Origin: Felis catus
Taxonomy: Eukaryota
Reading direction: 5' to 3'
DNA length: 64,000 nt
Assembly: GCF_018350175.1 (NCBI RefSeq)
Contig: NC_058368.1
Span: forward strand, 177,694,001 to 177,758,000
Made by a program: the position numbers and the translations under genes. The number at the start of each line of letters is the position of its first letter. Within the stretch, counting starts at the first letter, position 1. Shown piece after piece: positions 50,690-63,053 of this stretch. The notes beneath the pieces are model-generated. The model was not told the DNA's origin, searched no databases, and saw only the letters and a program-made list of their open reading frames with translations.

Positions 50690-53599
50690 TAAATCTTTTT
50701 AAAAAGCTTATTTTATGCCAGGCACAGAGGATGTAAAGAAGGTAAGGAATGGCCCCTGCTGTCGTGTCACGGTAGGGACGATGGACACGGAAAGAAAGAG
50801 TGTCGTCCCTCTGGAGCCAAGAGGACAGAGCAAGGATGAGCAGGCACCAGCTCACCCAGATGAAAATGGGAGTATCCACTTGCTTGTCTGGATGCCCATT
50901 TGACTGACATCAGGTGCACAAAGGTGCAGAGGAATAATGGGGTTGTTTGCTTCTCCCGGCAGGAGTCAGCGCTGTGAAGTTTCCACTGACCTGGGTTCAA
51001 ATTTGGCTCTGCTCCCCAGCTGCATAACCTGGGGCGAGGGCCTTACCCTTAGAAAGGCTTCACTTCCTGCGAAAAATGAGGACCGGGCCAGCTGTCTTCT
51101 GCCAAGTGTAGATGTCTATAAGCACATGGCACATAATACTCGGTGAATAACATTCATCCTTTTCCTAGTTCCCCCTTGATCCATCTTCCCCATAGCTTTT
51201 GAGCTAACAGCTTCCCCCTCTCTCACTGTCCTAGTCCCAGTTCACCAAAGACAATGGTGCCCCAGGAAATGTCTCTGGAGGGCTCCGGGCTGGCCCTTAC
51301 TCCTCTCCTACTTTGCAGAAAACTTGGTGTCTTTCAAGTTAGAACTGGCGTTCAACGCTCATTTTATTCCGCTCCCCGCAAACATCTTCTAAAGGCAAAG
51401 CCTCTCACCTCCAGCCAGAGCTCCCGGGAGCCCCGCAGCGCCTGAGAAATCACCCAAACCTGGCCTCCCACAAGAGGGTCGTCCTCTCCTGACAAATCGA
51501 GCCCGAAGCTGTTAAGATCTTTTCTGTTAGAACTTTTTAACGGCGTCATAAATCTTTTATTAACATTTGGTATTATACTAATTAAAACTGTTCTCTGTAT
51601 GTATTATTAATTTCTCTAGCACTTCTTGCTGGGGTGACGTTTTTAGCCAGCTAAGCAGAATGTAGCACAGTAAATAAGAAGAAACTCATTTCCAGACAAT
51701 TAGCCTTGCAGAAAAATAAGTTGGTTAATGGAAGGCATGATGATTACAAATTTTACCTAAATAAACAGGGTATCTTAATGGTAACTCTTCAAGCTAAGTA
51801 AACAGATTGGGGTGGTAATGTCCTAAGCAATACTTAAATGTAACAGTTTAATAAATTGGTAAATTACTCATTTCATCTTAGAACAAAATGGTAATACTGT
51901 AGTAATAACCTAGTATATATTCCGTAAATATGAAGCATTATCACTTTAGCTCTGTAGAAATCACCACAGTGATATGTCAGCATTGATCTAAAACTGCAGC
52001 ATTTTATCTCAAGTTTATTACCCATTTTTGAGAATCGCTGAGATTTTCAGAGCATAATGGCAATAAAAGAAGAATTTAAAAAGCGCTTTAATGTGCATAA
52101 GTTAATCAGAGGTATCCTCGGGGGGAAAAGGAAATTTGGTAAAACATGAATTATAAGCATCATTTAAACTTACTTTGGACACTAGAGATAATAAATGGCA
52201 CCATAATTTAGAAATAGCTTTTAACATCAATGACGGTAAGTACCACTTTACTGTTCATAAGAATTGCAGAGCAATGGTGCTGAGGCCAATTTTATTAGCC
52301 ATTTTTTTCTTTATAAAAGCAATCCAGCCCTTTCCACAACTGAGGAGACAGGAACAAGAGTTACGTGCTAATATGCAAAATGCATTTAAGTTTTTTGAAA
52401 TAGAGAGTAATAAATTGTGCCAAAAGATAGAGTCTGGAGACAAATGAATGATCATTTAAAAAGGATAAGGCGCTCTCAGAGTTTACATATTTGGGGAAAC
52501 TTGATAAAAAAAAAAAGCCAACAAATTGTTCATACATTTTCCCATTTGCCAAAGCATGTGGTGTGCTTTCAGATCCACGAGATGAAGCCATAAATCCCAG
52601 CGATTGGGAGATGCTGCAACAGAAATATATTTTTGTAAATTGTTGCCATTGACAAATCATTTTTAAACCATATAAAGTGCAGGTTCAACTTTCTCTTCAT
52701 GGTGCCCTTCCTGCAGAGAAGCCTCAGACTCTGACCTCTGCTTACCAAGCACAGCCCGAGAGGGTGGGGCTGCTGCTGGCTGCCACTCACCTCAAGCCGA
52801 GCAGCTCAAACTGTGGGTGGGAAGGTCGCCAGGACTCACTGAACCACCTACTAAGTGCCCGGCGTGCTGAGCCTTATGGGGCCCAGGAGAAGCTTGTCTG
52901 GGACGGTGCATGGCAAGGTGGGCAAAACCTGGCTGACGTGGAAGAAACAAATCCAAGACGTCAGCCCAGACTTTAACCTTCAGGACTTAGTAACTCCAGG
53001 CTGAAGGTCTTCTGCTTGTCACCTGATGAATTTGAGGAAAAAAACAGAACAATCCACCTTGCTTGATCTTTAATTCTTGGATGCCATATCGAGGAACACA
53101 GATGCCCTCTTCCCTGCTTTTGAACAGGAAGTTATAAAGGGCCTAGGGTCTTCCTCAGAAGCAGCTCCTTCTGGAGTAGGTGGGGGTAGACTTCAATAAT
53201 GCAGCGGGGAAGGAGGCAAAGAGAGGGGAGAGGAGAAGATGAAGGCAATGAGGGCAGCTCCCAGCAAGGCTCTTTGCTGTGTAGTTGCAGGCAGAGAGCA
53301 GGCCTGCAGGCCTTTTGTCCACCCCAACCCCAGCTTATCTATTTATGTTCATCTTACCTCCAGACGCTTCATCACTGTCTGCTCACAATATATCACTGAC
53401 ACTCCCTCCCTCAGAGAGAGCCCAGGAAATAGCAAGTTTGCCTGGCCGCTTTGTGGGAAGAGCCACGGGGCTTTTCATGTTTCGTGTGAAAACTACACCT
53501 TCCATAACCATGGCTGTCCCATCTCCATAGAGCATTCCAACTTTGGCCGAAGACTTGGGCTTCTGAAACAGAGTAGAGTATCCTGGGCTAGTAGATAGA

Positions 53600-55140
53600 G
53601 AACCGCTGTAGTCAGAGAGCTATGTGACCTTGGACAAATGCATGTTAAAGTCACTGAGCCTTAGTTTTCTCATCTGTAAAATGGGGTTTCAAAACTGTTT
53701 TATAAGATTATTGTGAGGATCAAGTAAGAAAATACATATGATGTATTGAGCACGGTGCTTAACACACGGTAGGCACTCAGCACATATTGGGTTTCTCCCC
53801 TCTGTGGAGGCTGAACATCTGGATTCCAATCCACCTTCTGTTGGACATTGGTAAGTTATTCGACACCCCCAAGCTCAAATTTCTTGTCGTCAAAATAGGA
53901 TCTACTTTCTAGGTTTGTTTAAACAGTTAAATGAGATCACCTGTGTAAAATGCTTAGTCCACAGCCTGGCCCACAGTAGGTGTTCTGGAAATGCTACTTA
54001 ACTGTTGTTATTTAATAAACATGGACTGAGCAGTCACAGTGTGCCCAACATCAGCAACCCAAGTAAACAGAAACCTCAGAATACAGCAGAGAAGCTGGTT
54101 ACTCTTACTTAGAATAATCTAGGTTTTCAACCGTCTAGAAGATTCTGCATTGGGGAGATATTGCACAGACTGGGTGAGTCAGGGCTCTACACTCAGACAT
54201 AACTGGGTTTGAATTCTAGCTCCATCACTTAATGTCTGACCCTGAGCAAGCGACTTGTCTTCTCTGAGTTTGCTTTCTCTCTGGGAGGAGAGCAAGAACA
54301 ATTTATCTTGTGAAAATTCATCTACCACTGATAATAAGTATAGTAAATGTACCACAGTGCCTATCGTGCATCAGGCTCCTGGTGAAATGCTCGATGGATT
54401 ATGTCACTTAATCCTCAAACAACCTTTCGAGGAAGATCTATCCTTACAAAGTACAGACTAACCAGGACACTGAAGCTCAGAGAGGCAAGGTTACTTGTCC
54501 AAGGCCACACAGCTGGTGAGTGGTAAAACTGGGACTTTAACCCAGTCCAGTTAAAGTTCCATACATGCTGTGGGCACTTTGGTAGATTCGGTACAGGCAC
54601 ACGTGTGGTTTGTCTCCTGCACATGCTACCTCTCTTCCTTGACCAGAAGTCCTCAGGGTCTAGCAGCTGAGGGCTACATCATGGCTCATTAGCACCCATG
54701 GGGGGTTCATTAGAAACTGTTAGTTAGCCTGGGCTTGGGGAGAGGGCAGTGGAAGATGCTTGAATCCCTTAGGGATTCCCTAAGGTGGAAGGGTCTTCCC
54801 TTCAGTGCCTTTCAACCACCTTTAGGTGGCTCAAAACAGCAATAGCAGTTTACAGTCCTCTTGCAAACACAACCCAGAATATTCTGGTTTGTATCTGAAG
54901 TTGTTTAGGGATGATGATTTTCAAAGCGGTCAGAATTCCCTCTGGCAGTCATGAAGACATTGGCTTTAATAACAAGGAGATTTGAGGGACGTTTTTGGGT
55001 AAAAGCCAATGAGCTGGACTCAGTCCATAAGGGTTAAAGTCCTGGCATCATGGGACTCAGGGATGCTGTGTTACTCCACACAGTCTCAGTTTCCTCATCT
55101 GTAAAATGGGGGTTACAGTAGTACCTATCTCCTAGGTCCT
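53600..55140. mobile_element. Cluster of MIR fragments
   Basis: Repeated MIR cores, e.g. TGTGACCTTGGACAA..CTGAGCCTTAGTTTTCTCATCTGTAAAATGGGG and CTCAGTTTCCTCATCTGTAAAATGGGG. Confidence 0.75.
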
Positions 55141-58025
55141 TATAAAGAAGTGCCTTCTGGAGGTAGATGGGGATAGACTCCAGAGATTGTGCAGATGTTC
55201 CATCAGATGGAAGCTGCTAGGCCCTCTCAGCCTGGGCTTGGGATCCACCATGGGAGAGTACAGGTGGCTGTAGCTCTGAGGGGACTCCAGGAGTTGGGGA
55301 CTAGGTGTAGGGCCCCATCCCTGCTCAGAGTGTCCCGAGCCGCCCCCTCTGACAATGAACTTGAAACTATAGTCGTTAATAAAGGCGACCCCTCCCAGAG
55401 CCCTCTCCCTGATTCTTCCTGGAGTTGGGTTTCCTCTCTGCTCTCCCTACCCGCCCCCCCCCCCCCAGTCCCATTACTTCCTAGAACAAAAGTGTGCCGG
55501 CTGTGGCAACCGAGACAGCATATGGGAACGCGCGCTGTTTAGCACACTGGATATTCGAGGGTGCCCCTCTGAGCCCACACCTCCTTCTCCAGCCCCAGGG
55601 GCTCAGCGGGTCCTATTAGTACCCAGGAAGGCAGACCTTAGCGAGAGGATTGGGTCTTTTCCTGGAGCACTCCGTATTTTCCTGCAGGCCGCACCTCTGC
55701 TAGGAGGAAGGAGTGAATTGTTCCTGGGTTGGGGATGAAGGAGGCAAAGAACGCTCGGCTGGCCGTCGCAGCTTCCGGGCCTTCCGGAGTTTCAGCGCGT
55801 CGTGGATAAATCCATCGATCAAGAAGGCTTGATAGCGAAGCCAATACATTCCAGGTAGCAGGCCAGAGATGGGGCCGGCTTCTTTAACATCAGGGGAGTC
55901 TGGGTCAGCACAAGTCTCTCTAATGACCCCGTGGCGGGTTGAAATGCCATGTGTGGCCAGTGGCGAGATACAGCCAGTCCCGCAGGCGGCCAGGCGTTTT
56001 AGTCCAGAGCCCAGTTCCGGCGCGAGGTGAACCTGGGCGAGTCTCCTGACTTTTCTGCTCCCCAATTTCCTTATTTGTAGGATGGGAACACAGGACTGTT
56101 CTGGGGGCTCAATGAATGGGTTGTTGGAAGGTGTAAAAACCTCCGATCAAATATTCTGTTCAAACACGTTTTTTTCTTCTTCCACCCCACCTCCTCTCCA
56201 CACCAACTGGGAGCATATCAGAGGGGTCTAATAACTAACTCATTAATTGGCAGCCGGTCTGACACTTAAGAGAATAACTTTATTGGATCATTTCAACTAA
56301 AGTGAGCGTCAGATATGGCCACTGATCTCAAGGTAACACGAGGATACTGACGCATCTAACGCGATCAAGCCAGGCCCCAATTCGGGAATGATTTCTCTAA
56401 CAACGACTCCACATTTAGTGATGGCAGGAGGAATGGCCTCACTGGGGGACACTACCCTATTCCTGCCCTTTCTTCTCAAAGGGCGACACCTCCGATTAAA
56501 CACCTACATTTTTTAGGAGGCGTTTAATTAGATTTCTGACCTCTAAATACATTTTAAAATGTTTTTATTCTCATAATAAGCTGCTAATCAGGTGTACCAT
56601 AAGCCACGGGTTTTTATTTCCCCTGGAAGAGTCCTTAATGACTAGATAGCCCTAATTTTACACATGCGGAAACCAAAGCGCCGAGACGCAAAGCCACTCG
56701 CTCAGGGCCACACAGAAAGGGAGTGGCGGAGCTGAGTGAAGAACTTCATCCAGCCGCCCGTTGGGTGGCATGGGGGAAGGCACCGATCACTGTCGAAATT
56801 CCGCGAGGAATTTGTAAGTTTCTGACCCACAAGAAATTGTGCGACTGGGACGGCATCGCTGAGAGGAGATGCTCAAACCCGAGCGGATGCTCGGAAATGT
56901 GCGGCCTCGCCGCTACTGGCGGGTTTCGCATTAGGAAACCCGCCTTGGGTGTTAAGAAACCTTCACTACAGAGTGCAGGCGCCTGCACCACGCCGCCGCT
57001 CTGCGTTTCAGTTGCGGAGGCCCAGGTTGAGATTCCGGCCAAGGTTCCCAGGAACCTTCAGTGCGGTAGCAACCTAGGCCGGATCTGGGGTCTAGCGGTC
57101 TCGGCGGAAGATCGGAGGCCCTGTTCTGAGGCCCCTAACCCGGAGCGCCTCGCCAGACCGCGGCAGAACAGACGCTCGCCGCCCGCTGCAGCACCGGCCT
57201 CGGCCGCCGAAAAGGCGCAGCTGGCGGTCGGCCCGGCCTGCACAAGGCCGCGTTCTTCGGCCGCAGGTTTTCGAGAAGCGCCGCAGGCCCCGGCAGGCCA
57301 CGAAAAGTTGCCCGGCCCAGGGGCGCAGTGGGGCCTCCGGGGTCTCACCGCGGAGCTGGGAGCGGCCGAAGCTAAGTCTTTCCGCTCCTGCTGGGAGGGC
57401 AAATATGCACAAGCCTGGGGAGGCCAGAGGCGCTGGGCGCCCTTGGAACGCGCCCAGTCCAGCCCGGGCGGGAAGGTCCTTTTAGCTCCACTGATAACCC
57501 CCGGCCTCGTGTCCGGGTGGCTGCAGGTGTCCCGTAGGCCGCCTGCCCAGCCTTCACTAGGCTAAGTCTCCCTTTCCTCTCAAGTATTAGAGTGCTTGGT
57601 TTGGGGAAAAGAGAGCGAGGGGTCCGCGGCAGCCGCGCGCCCCAGAACTAATTTCTGAACTTCTCTGAGGCTTCGTTTTTCCAACGGCAAAGTGATGCGG
57701 GGCATCCACACCCCGCAGAAATGTGTGGGTCATGGTAAATCACACTGCATGCAAAGCTTGCTGTCCCTGGCCGGTGCTGTACAGGTTTTTGCTGCAGGGG
57801 AATCGTTTCCACTTGAGGGACGCGAGAGGGTAGCCCCAGAGCTAGTGTCTGTCTGTTCTTGTGATCGGCCGTGTCCCCCCAGACTCTACTGGCTTTGGGG
57901 CCTCCCGGGGATAGTTGAGCACAGCCTAACTCCTAGCCTCTGGACCGGCAGCCTCGCCCCTCTTGGCTTGGGGCGCAGGCATCCCTGCCTGCGGGTGTGC
58001 CCCCCGAAACCAGAGCACGAGGAGA

Positions 58026-58043
58026 GCGCGCGCGCGCGCGCGC
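58026..58043. repeat. (GC)9 pure alternating CG tract
   Basis: gcgcgcgcgcgcgcgcgc read directly. Confidence 0.95.
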
Positions 58044-60954
58044 TAACAGTCTGCGCAGGCCGACAAGCTGCCTCGTGCCTCCCAGTGCGGCATCTGTAAA
58101 ATGGGTGTGGCTTTAGAGACACTTGAACCGAGCACGGGGAAGGGCAGCGAGTCCAAGTCTTCAGCCTTCACGCAGAGGCCTGCTGCTTCTCGTCCTTAAT
58201 TCCCTCCGCGGCGGGGCTGGACATCCACAGGCACCCGCTGCCTTTGGAGCCTCTGTTGCTTCCTTGGGCACAGGTGGGTCTTAAATTTGGGAGCAGATCG
58301 CCAAGGAACCGTTCATGTGGGCTTCTCAGCCTACTCCGGATTCTCTTTCCCCTACACTCAACCTTAAGGGCGCCTGACTGATCTGGATATGTGTGCGCCC
58401 AGACTCTGCCCGGGAGGGCCGTGAGGAGTGGGAGCTCTTAACAGGGCGTCAAGGGGCTCCAGTCCTGCGCAGCCACAGTGGAAATAACCTCCAGGTTTTG
58501 CACGTCCGTAGGAGGGGGTTAGGCACTAAACACCCTTGCCAGCTTAGCAATCTATCCTTCCCTTTGGGGGCGCCCACACTGCTCTGGGTGGGCGTGAGCG
58601 AGCCACAGTCCCCAGCCAGCCCCACACCAGTGGGCTCAGCACCCTAACTCAGAGGGACTCCTAGTCAGTCAGTCTCTGGCTGGGGAAGGTTTGGTTGGGG
58701 GCAAGCGCTCAGAGAGGACGCAAGCCCCAGAAGCACACGGAGAGGAAAAAACTGATGTCCCTGAGAGCCGAAGCAAGACTAGGTGCCCATTCCTGGGGCT
58801 TGTCTGAACGCCGACCCCAGGTGAGCCTCCGGGTCAGAGACCTTTTGCTCAAAGCAAGGTACCAGAGGGAAAGAAAAAGACGTGTGTGTGTGTCCCGAAA
58901 AGGCCCAAGATTCAAGGGTTAGCCTGGCAAAACAAAAATGCTTTAGAGAAACAAAACCACTAAGCCTTATTATAAAGAAAAAGATTAAAAGTGAGGGAAA
59001 CCGGAAGGCGACGCCAGTCTCTGAGGAAGGGGCCGCTTGGCCGGCAGAGGCAAAGAAGGTCGTTCTTAGATGCTCAAGTCCCCGGCCGGATAGCCCACGT
59101 TCCCATCCCGATGGGGGCGTCCATCATGCTTTTTAGCGGAGAAAAATCTTAGAAGCATTTCAGGGAAACACCAAGGGAAGGGACCTGAAGGTCTGAGTCC
59201 CTCTAGTCTCTCTCTGGGGGTGTCTGTAAGTCACCAGCGACCCGGATTCCGGGCAAGGCTTGGAGGTGGAGGCGAAGGCAGCAATGATGGGAGCCGCAGA
59301 GGTGTTTCTCAGACTACCCGCACCCCTTTCTCGAGCCCCGCCAGTGTACAGAATCCCGCAGCCCGCGTCCTGCGAAGGCGCCCAAACACGCGAGCCCCGC
59401 GGGGCGGCGCTTGGTCCGGAGGGAAGCGGCGTGATGAAGCGGGTGAGGCTGTCACAGCGCCCGAGGGACAGCCCCAGAACTGGTAGCCTCAGGAAGCTAA
59501 TGGGAGCTGGGCCGGGAGGAGGGCACGAAGGAGACGAGGAGCCAGTGACCGAGAGAAAGACAGAAGCAAAGAGATTCTGAGACCAGAAGGGGAAAGCAAA
59601 AAGGACAAGAAGAGGGAAGGAGGAAGACAGGTGAAAAAGAAACCGGGGGGGGGGGGGGGGGGAGAGGATGGACGGGAGAGTCTGAAATGGAGAGGGGGGA
59701 AGAGACGACAAAGAAAGAGTTGGAAAAACTAAAAGCAACAGTAAACGAATTATACAGGGAAGCAAAAAAACTGTAAAGGAAAAGCAAAAGTCCTAGGAAC
59801 ACAGAGACCAAGAGTAATGAATAGAATAGAAAATAGAGAACATCGTAGAGAAAGAAGTGGAGCGGCCAGACATAAGAAAAAATTTAAAAGACCTAATAAA
59901 AGGGAGGAAAAAAAATCAAGGAGCAAGAGGAAATGTTCACGAACGCTTCGACCGTGTGTCTTGTTGGAAGGGACCACCTAACGCCCAGCGCGTGATCCAG
60001 AAATTCCCAGCTTCCGACCGGAGGTAAAGCTGGGTGAACTGGGCCTGGCTGCTTTCACACCTGGGCTTGGTGTTCCCGGCGTTCTGGGTGCCCCGCCCCT
60101 CTCGTGTGCAGTGACGCCGCCCGGGTGCGGTGACGTCACATGACGCCACGCTCCACCTGTGGTCCCACGCAACCCAAAAGGGTGCAGGTGTTCTGAATTT
60201 GTGCCCCGCACTTACTCCTCAGACGCCGAGCGTTTGGAGACCAGGAAGCGCGCGGATTCTGTGCCCACGGCCCGCCCACAGTGCGCCCAGATCCCTCATA
60301 GCCAGTCCTTGGGTCCGCCCAAGACCCGAGGCCTCACTGGAAAAAGAGGACAGTGGGCACGGGGGTGAGGGCTTCGAGTTCTTAGAAGTTCGAGGCCGCG
60401 GGGCCTCTCACCTCCTAGGTGGGTCCGGCCACTGACGACCTAACTGTTGGCCCACCCGGGGCCTGTCATCCCCAACCCTGCCTGGCGCGGGCCTGCGACC
60501 TCTGGGCCTAGAGTGCCCTTCCCACGTCCGCCCTACACCGCCGGCACCCAAACTGCCGGCGGCCGGCACGCACTGACCTGCACCGCGGATCCTCCGCGGG
60601 GCCCGGGGCCGGGGTCGCAGCTGAGGCGAAAACCGACGAAGCTTGGAGATGTGGATGCGCCCCCGCACACTGCGGCTCGGCCTCTACCGCCGAAGGGGTG
60701 GGGCGCAGGGCCGGCCTCGCGGAGCATTATTGGAACGAAAACGAAATAAAAGCGGCGTTAAGTGAAATAGCTAACTTTTTTATTAAATAAAACGACTTAA
60801 ATAAAAGGAACGGAAAAGGAGAGGAGTGGACCCAGCCTAAACGCAGGGTGCCCCAGCCCTGGCGCTCCCCCCAGCCACCTGGTCGGCCGCCCCTCCTCTA
60901 GCGGCCCCCGCGGGGGAAGCAGGTGGCCGGTTTCTAAAGAAAAAAGCCAAAACT

Positions 60955-60960
60955 TTTATT
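60955..60960 (-). terminator. TLX3: TLX3 polyadenylation signal AATAAA (second candidate at 60779-60784)
   Basis: TTTATT on + strand at the end of an AU-rich 3'UTR segment, about 335 nt past the stop. Confidence 0.8.
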
Positions 60961-61295
60961 ATTTACACGTTTGGGCAAAAGTACAAAGTATAATACAGGC
61001 GCCCGGCCCGGGGGGGGGTGCGGGCGAGGGGCGGAGAAACGTAAGGCGCTTTCTTTGTCAGGCCCGGGCCTGGGGCGGGACTGGGCGCGGGGCGGGGGCT
61101 CGGATTGTGCAGCCGCGCGGAGCCCGGGCCCAGCCCCCCTCCGCGGCCGGCGGGGATGCTGCCGCGCCCCGGGGCCTACTGGAGCTCGGAGGCCCCTGTC
61201 CCTCTCGGCCTCGGGTCCCCCCAGCCCGGCTGGGGGCCCGGGGCGCCCCGCCGGGTGGGGGCGGCGATCCTTGGCGATCCTTGGCGATCCGTGGC

Positions 61296-61506
61296 TCACA
61301 CCAGAGAAGTGACGGCGGGGACCTTGGAGCTGTCCTCCTCCCAGGGCTGCAGATTCTGCAGAGCAAACAGCGACGAGTTGTGCAGACAGAGAGGGTCGGG
61401 CTGGATGGAGTCGTTGAGGCTCTTTTGGAAGGCGTCGTGTTGCAGCTGCAGCATGAGCCGGCTCGCCTGCTGCCGCTCCGCCTCCCGCTCCTCCGCCGTC
61501 TGCCGC
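61296..61506 (-). CDS. TLX3: TLX3 exon 3 coding part ([28 protein letters not shown]...KVPAVTSLV*)
   Basis: 211 nt to TGA; 421+244+211 = 876 nt = 291 aa plus stop. Confidence 0.99.
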
Positions 61507-62455
61507 CTGCACCGGGGGAGGGAGAGGGACAGCACCGTCATGCACCCGGCACTGCGGGGCCGCCGGCGGGGCCCCAGCCCTCCCGGGAGCGGAGGCCAGC
61601 CGGGAGCCTCGAGGCGCAGGACCCGTCTGCACCCCTGCTGGCGCTGTGCGCCCGAGGCCCGCGCGTCCGGGGAGTGGGTTGGCATCGTTTGTTTTTGTTG
61701 TGTGCCGGGCGGTCGTGGGGAGGGGACTCCGCCCGCCGCCCACCTGCACGTCCGCGTATTGTGGCTTCGCCAACAACAAAGATGTTTCTTTTGCGGGACA
61801 ACAAGGGCAGGGCATGCGTGTAACTGACTCAGCCCTGCGGGCAGTCGGGACGCTAGGGTTCGCGGGTGGGAGGGCTGGCTCTGCACTGCCCGCGCGGTGT
61901 TCCTGGGCCAGGTCAGCCTCATCCAGTTCTCCCAGGCCCTTCTCGAACCTCTCTTCCAAAACGCGATCGCTTCGCCGTTCACGGGTTGTATGGAAATAGG
62001 GATCGGATGAAAACGGGGCTGGAGTCAGGATGGGGAGCCACAGGGGGAACACGGAGCCCGCGCGGACTGTCGGAGATCCGAGAGGGCTGGTGGGAGGGAG
62101 AAGGAGAGTGCGAGAGACCCCAGGGTGGGGGGTGGGGTGGATGCTGGTGAAGGTGCAGGTGAGAGGAAACTGAGCGGCTGCAGAAGCGGAAGAAAACACG
62201 GAGAGTTGGAGAGGCGCACGAGAGCGATACAGGGATGGGAATGGAGGAGAAGCCGAGGCGCGAGAGAGTGGGGAGAGAAACACAGGCCGGCGGGAAGGAG
62301 ACAAGGGAGATAAAATTCGGGAAGGAGTGGGAAGGCGCAGCCCTGGGAGGGCGGGTAGCGGGTAGCGGGTAGCACAGAATGGGGAGAGCGCGAGGCTGCG
62401 GCGCGGGGCAAGGTGAAGGGCGGGTGCAAGACGGGCTGAGCCGGGCCTCTCTCAC

Positions 62456-62699
62456 CGCCATTTGGTCCTCCGGTTTTGGAACCAGGTCTTGACCTGCGCG
62501 TCCGTCATTTTGAGGGACTTGGCGAGCGCCGCCCTCTCGGCGGAGGCCAGGTACTTCTGGCGGTGGAAGCGCTTTTCCAGCTCGCAGATCTGCACCCGAG
62601 AAAAGGACGTGCGCGGCTTCTTACGCTTGGGCGGTGTCCTGTTCTGGTAGGGGTGGCCGATGCGCCGGGTCACGGTGAAGGGCGTGAGCGCCGCCGCCG
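62456..62699 (-). CDS. TLX3: TLX3 exon 2, homeodomain ([57 protein letters not shown])
   Basis: 244 nt, CAG/GTGAG boundaries; TLX-diagnostic Thr in helix 3 (VKTWFQ). Confidence 0.99.
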
Positions 62700-63053
62700 C
62701 TGCGGAGACACACGAGGCCCCCTTAAGCCCAGCCCGGCTCGACTGCCGTTCAGGCCCCACGCGGACCCCGTGCCGCCCGGTTGGGCGCAGGGTGCTCCGC
62801 TATTTCGTTGGTCCCCCGCGTCCCCAGCGGCACCAAGCCGGTTGGGAGATACTCCCCTCTTCCCCTGGGCGTAGGCTTATTTCCCCGAAACTCCCTGATT
62901 TTCCTCCCCCTACGGTAGCCCGGGGCCCCGGGCGCTGAGGCCTCCGTCGCGCTTGGGCCTCCGGAATCGTTTCCCGGAGTGGAGCACCTTGGGCGCGGCG
63001 CCTCTGGCCCCGGGAGGGCCAAGGCCCGGCGCTTGTTCGCTCGCCCTGCTCAC

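Noticed and set aside
52175..52447. 90-aa ORF in AT-rich unique DNA
   Set aside because: TTG start, no splice or poly(A)/TSD context, no protein family recognised; the region looks regulatory
56796..56813. Hairpin AAATTCC-GCGA-GGAATTT with a GNRA loop
   Set aside because: A 7-bp stem is expected by chance in 64 kb; no ncRNA context
56723..57565. 280-aa plus-strand ORF in the downstream CpG island
   Set aside because: Non-ATG start, composition explained by GC content, no recognisable homology
60934..62304. 456-aa minus-strand ORF and other long ORFs overlapping TLX3
   Set aside because: GC-rich sequence with few stop codons; Pro/Arg/Ala-rich with no recognisable domain; crosses intron 2 and exon 3 out of frame
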